Assembly (NCBI GenBank): GCA_937924445.1
Contig: CALDSX010000060.1
Location: forward strand, 1 to 50,059
Direction: 5' to 3'
DNA length: 50,059 bases
From: an uncultured Chthoniobacterales bacterium
Lineage (GTDB): Bacteria > Verrucomicrobiota > Verrucomicrobiia > Chthoniobacterales > CALDSX01
Shown here: positions 48,674 through 50,059 of the stretch, in pieces
Layout: every line of letters starts with the position of its first letter
Position numbering within the stretch: position 1 is the first letter of the stretch
The notes under the pieces: model-generated
Seen by the model: the letters and a program-made list of their open reading frames with translations, nothing else
Told to the model about the DNA's origin: nothing
The model's database searches: none
Translations under genes and position numbers: made by a program

Positions 48674-49633
48674 TTAAACAAATGAAGGAAGGTATCTTGA
48701 CTTCAATTCACTCAGTTCGACCTCATTGAGGAGCATAACTTGAGCGATGGATGTGTCCACTAGGCTTTGAGGTCCTGTGCCACAGCGAATTGCATGGCTA
48801 TGGTGTTCAAGTTCGCCAAATGCTCCAAATTTGCCATCATCGCAATAGATCTGAAGCGCATCGCCTTGGGTGCCCGCCGCAGAGACCGGCGCATCGCAAT
48901 AGAAGAGCGTCGGATGCACTGGAAAGGAATTCATAACCACAAGATGACCACCCGGTACGGGACGGACATACGCCAAAAGTCCGGTTGTGCACTCGGGGCT
49001 GATACCGATTTTGAAAGACGCGACGCCGCGATTTTGGATCTCCAAACCCATTGGTTTCAACGAAATCTCGCTTGCAGGGGCTTCATTAAAATAATTTCGT
49101 GGGGAACAGGCTCCGACTGTTGGAATGAGCATGCTGCCTCCAAAAGGAACCTGAAAAAGTTCCCAGGCATCTACCGACTGGCCCGCTGTGCCCTCCAGGA
49201 TCTCCAGCCGCGTAGTTGCAAGCACCGCCACGCTTTGCACAGCGATCCGAAGAAGACTTTGCGGGATCATTTCAATTTCACGTTGAATGCACAGCTTGAC
49301 GTAAACGTCACGATATGGACAGCGCAGTTCGACTTGTAGAGAGCAACGCAAATAACCATGCCTTTTCTCCTGCACTTCCCAAAAATCAGGATCGAGACCT
49401 GAACTCACTTTGTAATGCTCAAAGTTGGTCGTTTCGGGTTTCACCCAGTGCCAGTCTGGCTCCGGCCCATACCAGAGTCTGACGCCACCGATATTCCAAG
49501 CGGCGTTAGGATTTTCGGGAGTCCAAAAGGCATCCTGCCCTGCAATTGAGATGTTGAGAAGGCGCCCGCGGGTAGGAGAGACAAGAACAGTGCCAACTTC
49601 GGTTTTCCAATGGTCTAGGGAGTTCTCATTCAT
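48674..49633 (-). CDS. Hypothetical protein, possibly galactose-mutarotase-like beta fold
   Basis: Protein-like from MNENSLDHW (ATG 49633): GRLL, WNIGGVRLWYGPE, FGELEHH; the upstream extension in the ORF track runs antisense through the IS-like element. Confidence 0.65.
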   Translation of the reverse strand: MNENSLDHWKTEVGTVLVSPTRGRLLNISIAGQDAFWTPENPNAAWNIGGVRLWYGPEPDWHWVKPETTNFEHYKVSSGLDPDFWEVQEKRHGYLRCSLQVELRCPYRDVYVKLCIQREIEMIPQSLLRIAVQSVAVLATTRLEILEGTAGQSVDAWELFQVPFGGSMLIPTVGACSPRNYFNEAPASEISLKPMGLEIQNRGVASFKIGISPECTTGLLAYVRPVPGGHLVVMNSFPVHPTLFYCDAPVSAAGTQGDALQIYCDDGKFGAFGELEHHSHAIRCGTGPQSLVDTSIAQVMLLNEVELSELKSRYLPSFV

Positions 49634-49684
49634 ATGATTGGGTAACTGCTGAACTGCTGAGGTAGTCCCACCATGGGACCATCT

Positions 49685-50059
49685 GTAACCGAAGGATAGA
49701 TTAACCCCCCCCCCGAACGCAACCGAAAATGGTTCATTTTTTGCTGGATTCACCAGGGGTGCCTGCCGTAGCTTGCTCGCCATGACAAGCGTCTTGGTGA
49801 TGCAAGGCCGCCGGTTGAACGGCGCGGACATCGCTTCGATCCGGGGGCTGCTGGACGAACGTCCCGAGTGGTGTCGCTCGCGACTCAGCGTGGAACTCTG
49901 CCAGCGTTGGGCCTGGCGCAACGCGCAAGGCCGGTTGAAAGAGATGTCGGCGCGCACGCTCCTGCTGAAACTGGAACGGGCCGGCTATATCCCGCTGCCC
50001 GCACAGCGTGGCCCTTCCCCCAACGGACGGCGCAACCGGCAGGTGGCGCCGGTGCACCC
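49685..50059 (+). mobile_element. Left end of a putative insertion sequence carrying a DUF4338-like gene, truncated by the window edge
   Basis: Begins GTAACCGAAGGATAGATTAAC (GTAA-type terminus, as in IS66-related elements); GC content visibly rises downstream; the boundary is inferred. Confidence 0.5.
49782..50059 (+). CDS. DUF4338 (DruA-like) domain protein, N-terminal part (3' partial)
   Basis: Manual translation gives MTSVLVMQGRRLNGADIASIRGLLDERPEWCRSRLSVELCQRWAWRNAQGRLKEMSARTLLLKLERAGYIPLP..., with the QGR...R..LS..LC..W.W...GRLK.M..R.LLLKL...G.I.LP pattern; absent from the ORF track. Confidence 0.75.
   Translation, partial: MTSVLVMQGRRLNGADIASIRGLLDERPEWCRSRLSVELCQRWAWRNAQGRLKEMSARTLLLKLERAGYIPLPAQRGPSPNGRRNRQVAPVH

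Noticed and set aside
49634-49957. 108-aa N-terminal extension of the 48674-49957 ORF, and the 49734-50057 minus-strand ORF
   Set aside because: They run antisense through the IS-like end and the better-supported DUF4338-like frame
1-50059. The whole window as a composite transposon or prophage
   Set aside because: The two terminal elements look unrelated, housekeeping genes (secDF, coaB-like, hppA) lie inside, and no phage, integrase or conjugation genes are seen

Overview
Bacterial chromosomal segment, probably from a Verrucomicrobiota/Chthoniobacterales-like organism. The taxon is an inference from the style of the SecDF N-terminus, the PilB and the glycosyltransferase cassette. Both ends look like insertion-sequence termini that the ORF track missed: the C-terminus and right end of an IS4-type transposase at 1-138, and a GC-rich element starting near 49685 that carries the start of a DUF4338/DruA-like ORF. 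After a CPD photolyase and secDF comes a secreted protein with a Gly/Ser/Thr/Pro-rich tail and its own promoter and terminator. The core (about 6.3-40.8 kb) is a very large surface-glycan locus: an O-antigen-ligase/TPR fusion, a Wzm/Wzt ABC exporter, about 20 soluble known or putative glycosyltransferases, 4 SAM methyltransferases, a WcaB-like acetyltransferase and two GT-C-like membrane proteins. I saw no nucleotide-sugar synthesis, priming transferase or Wzx/Wza/Wzc genes. The right part holds a CoaB-like gene, a K+-independent-type membrane pyrophosphatase, a biotin-less carboxyltransferase (5S/OadA-like), a TPR protein, a PilB/GspE ATPase and a hypothetical gene. The best candidate for an undescribed system is an ABC-exported, methylated/acetylated glycan transferred outside the cytoplasm onto a protein such as the adjacent secreted one. 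This is a hypothesis. All family calls come from reading motifs by eye; no database search was run.
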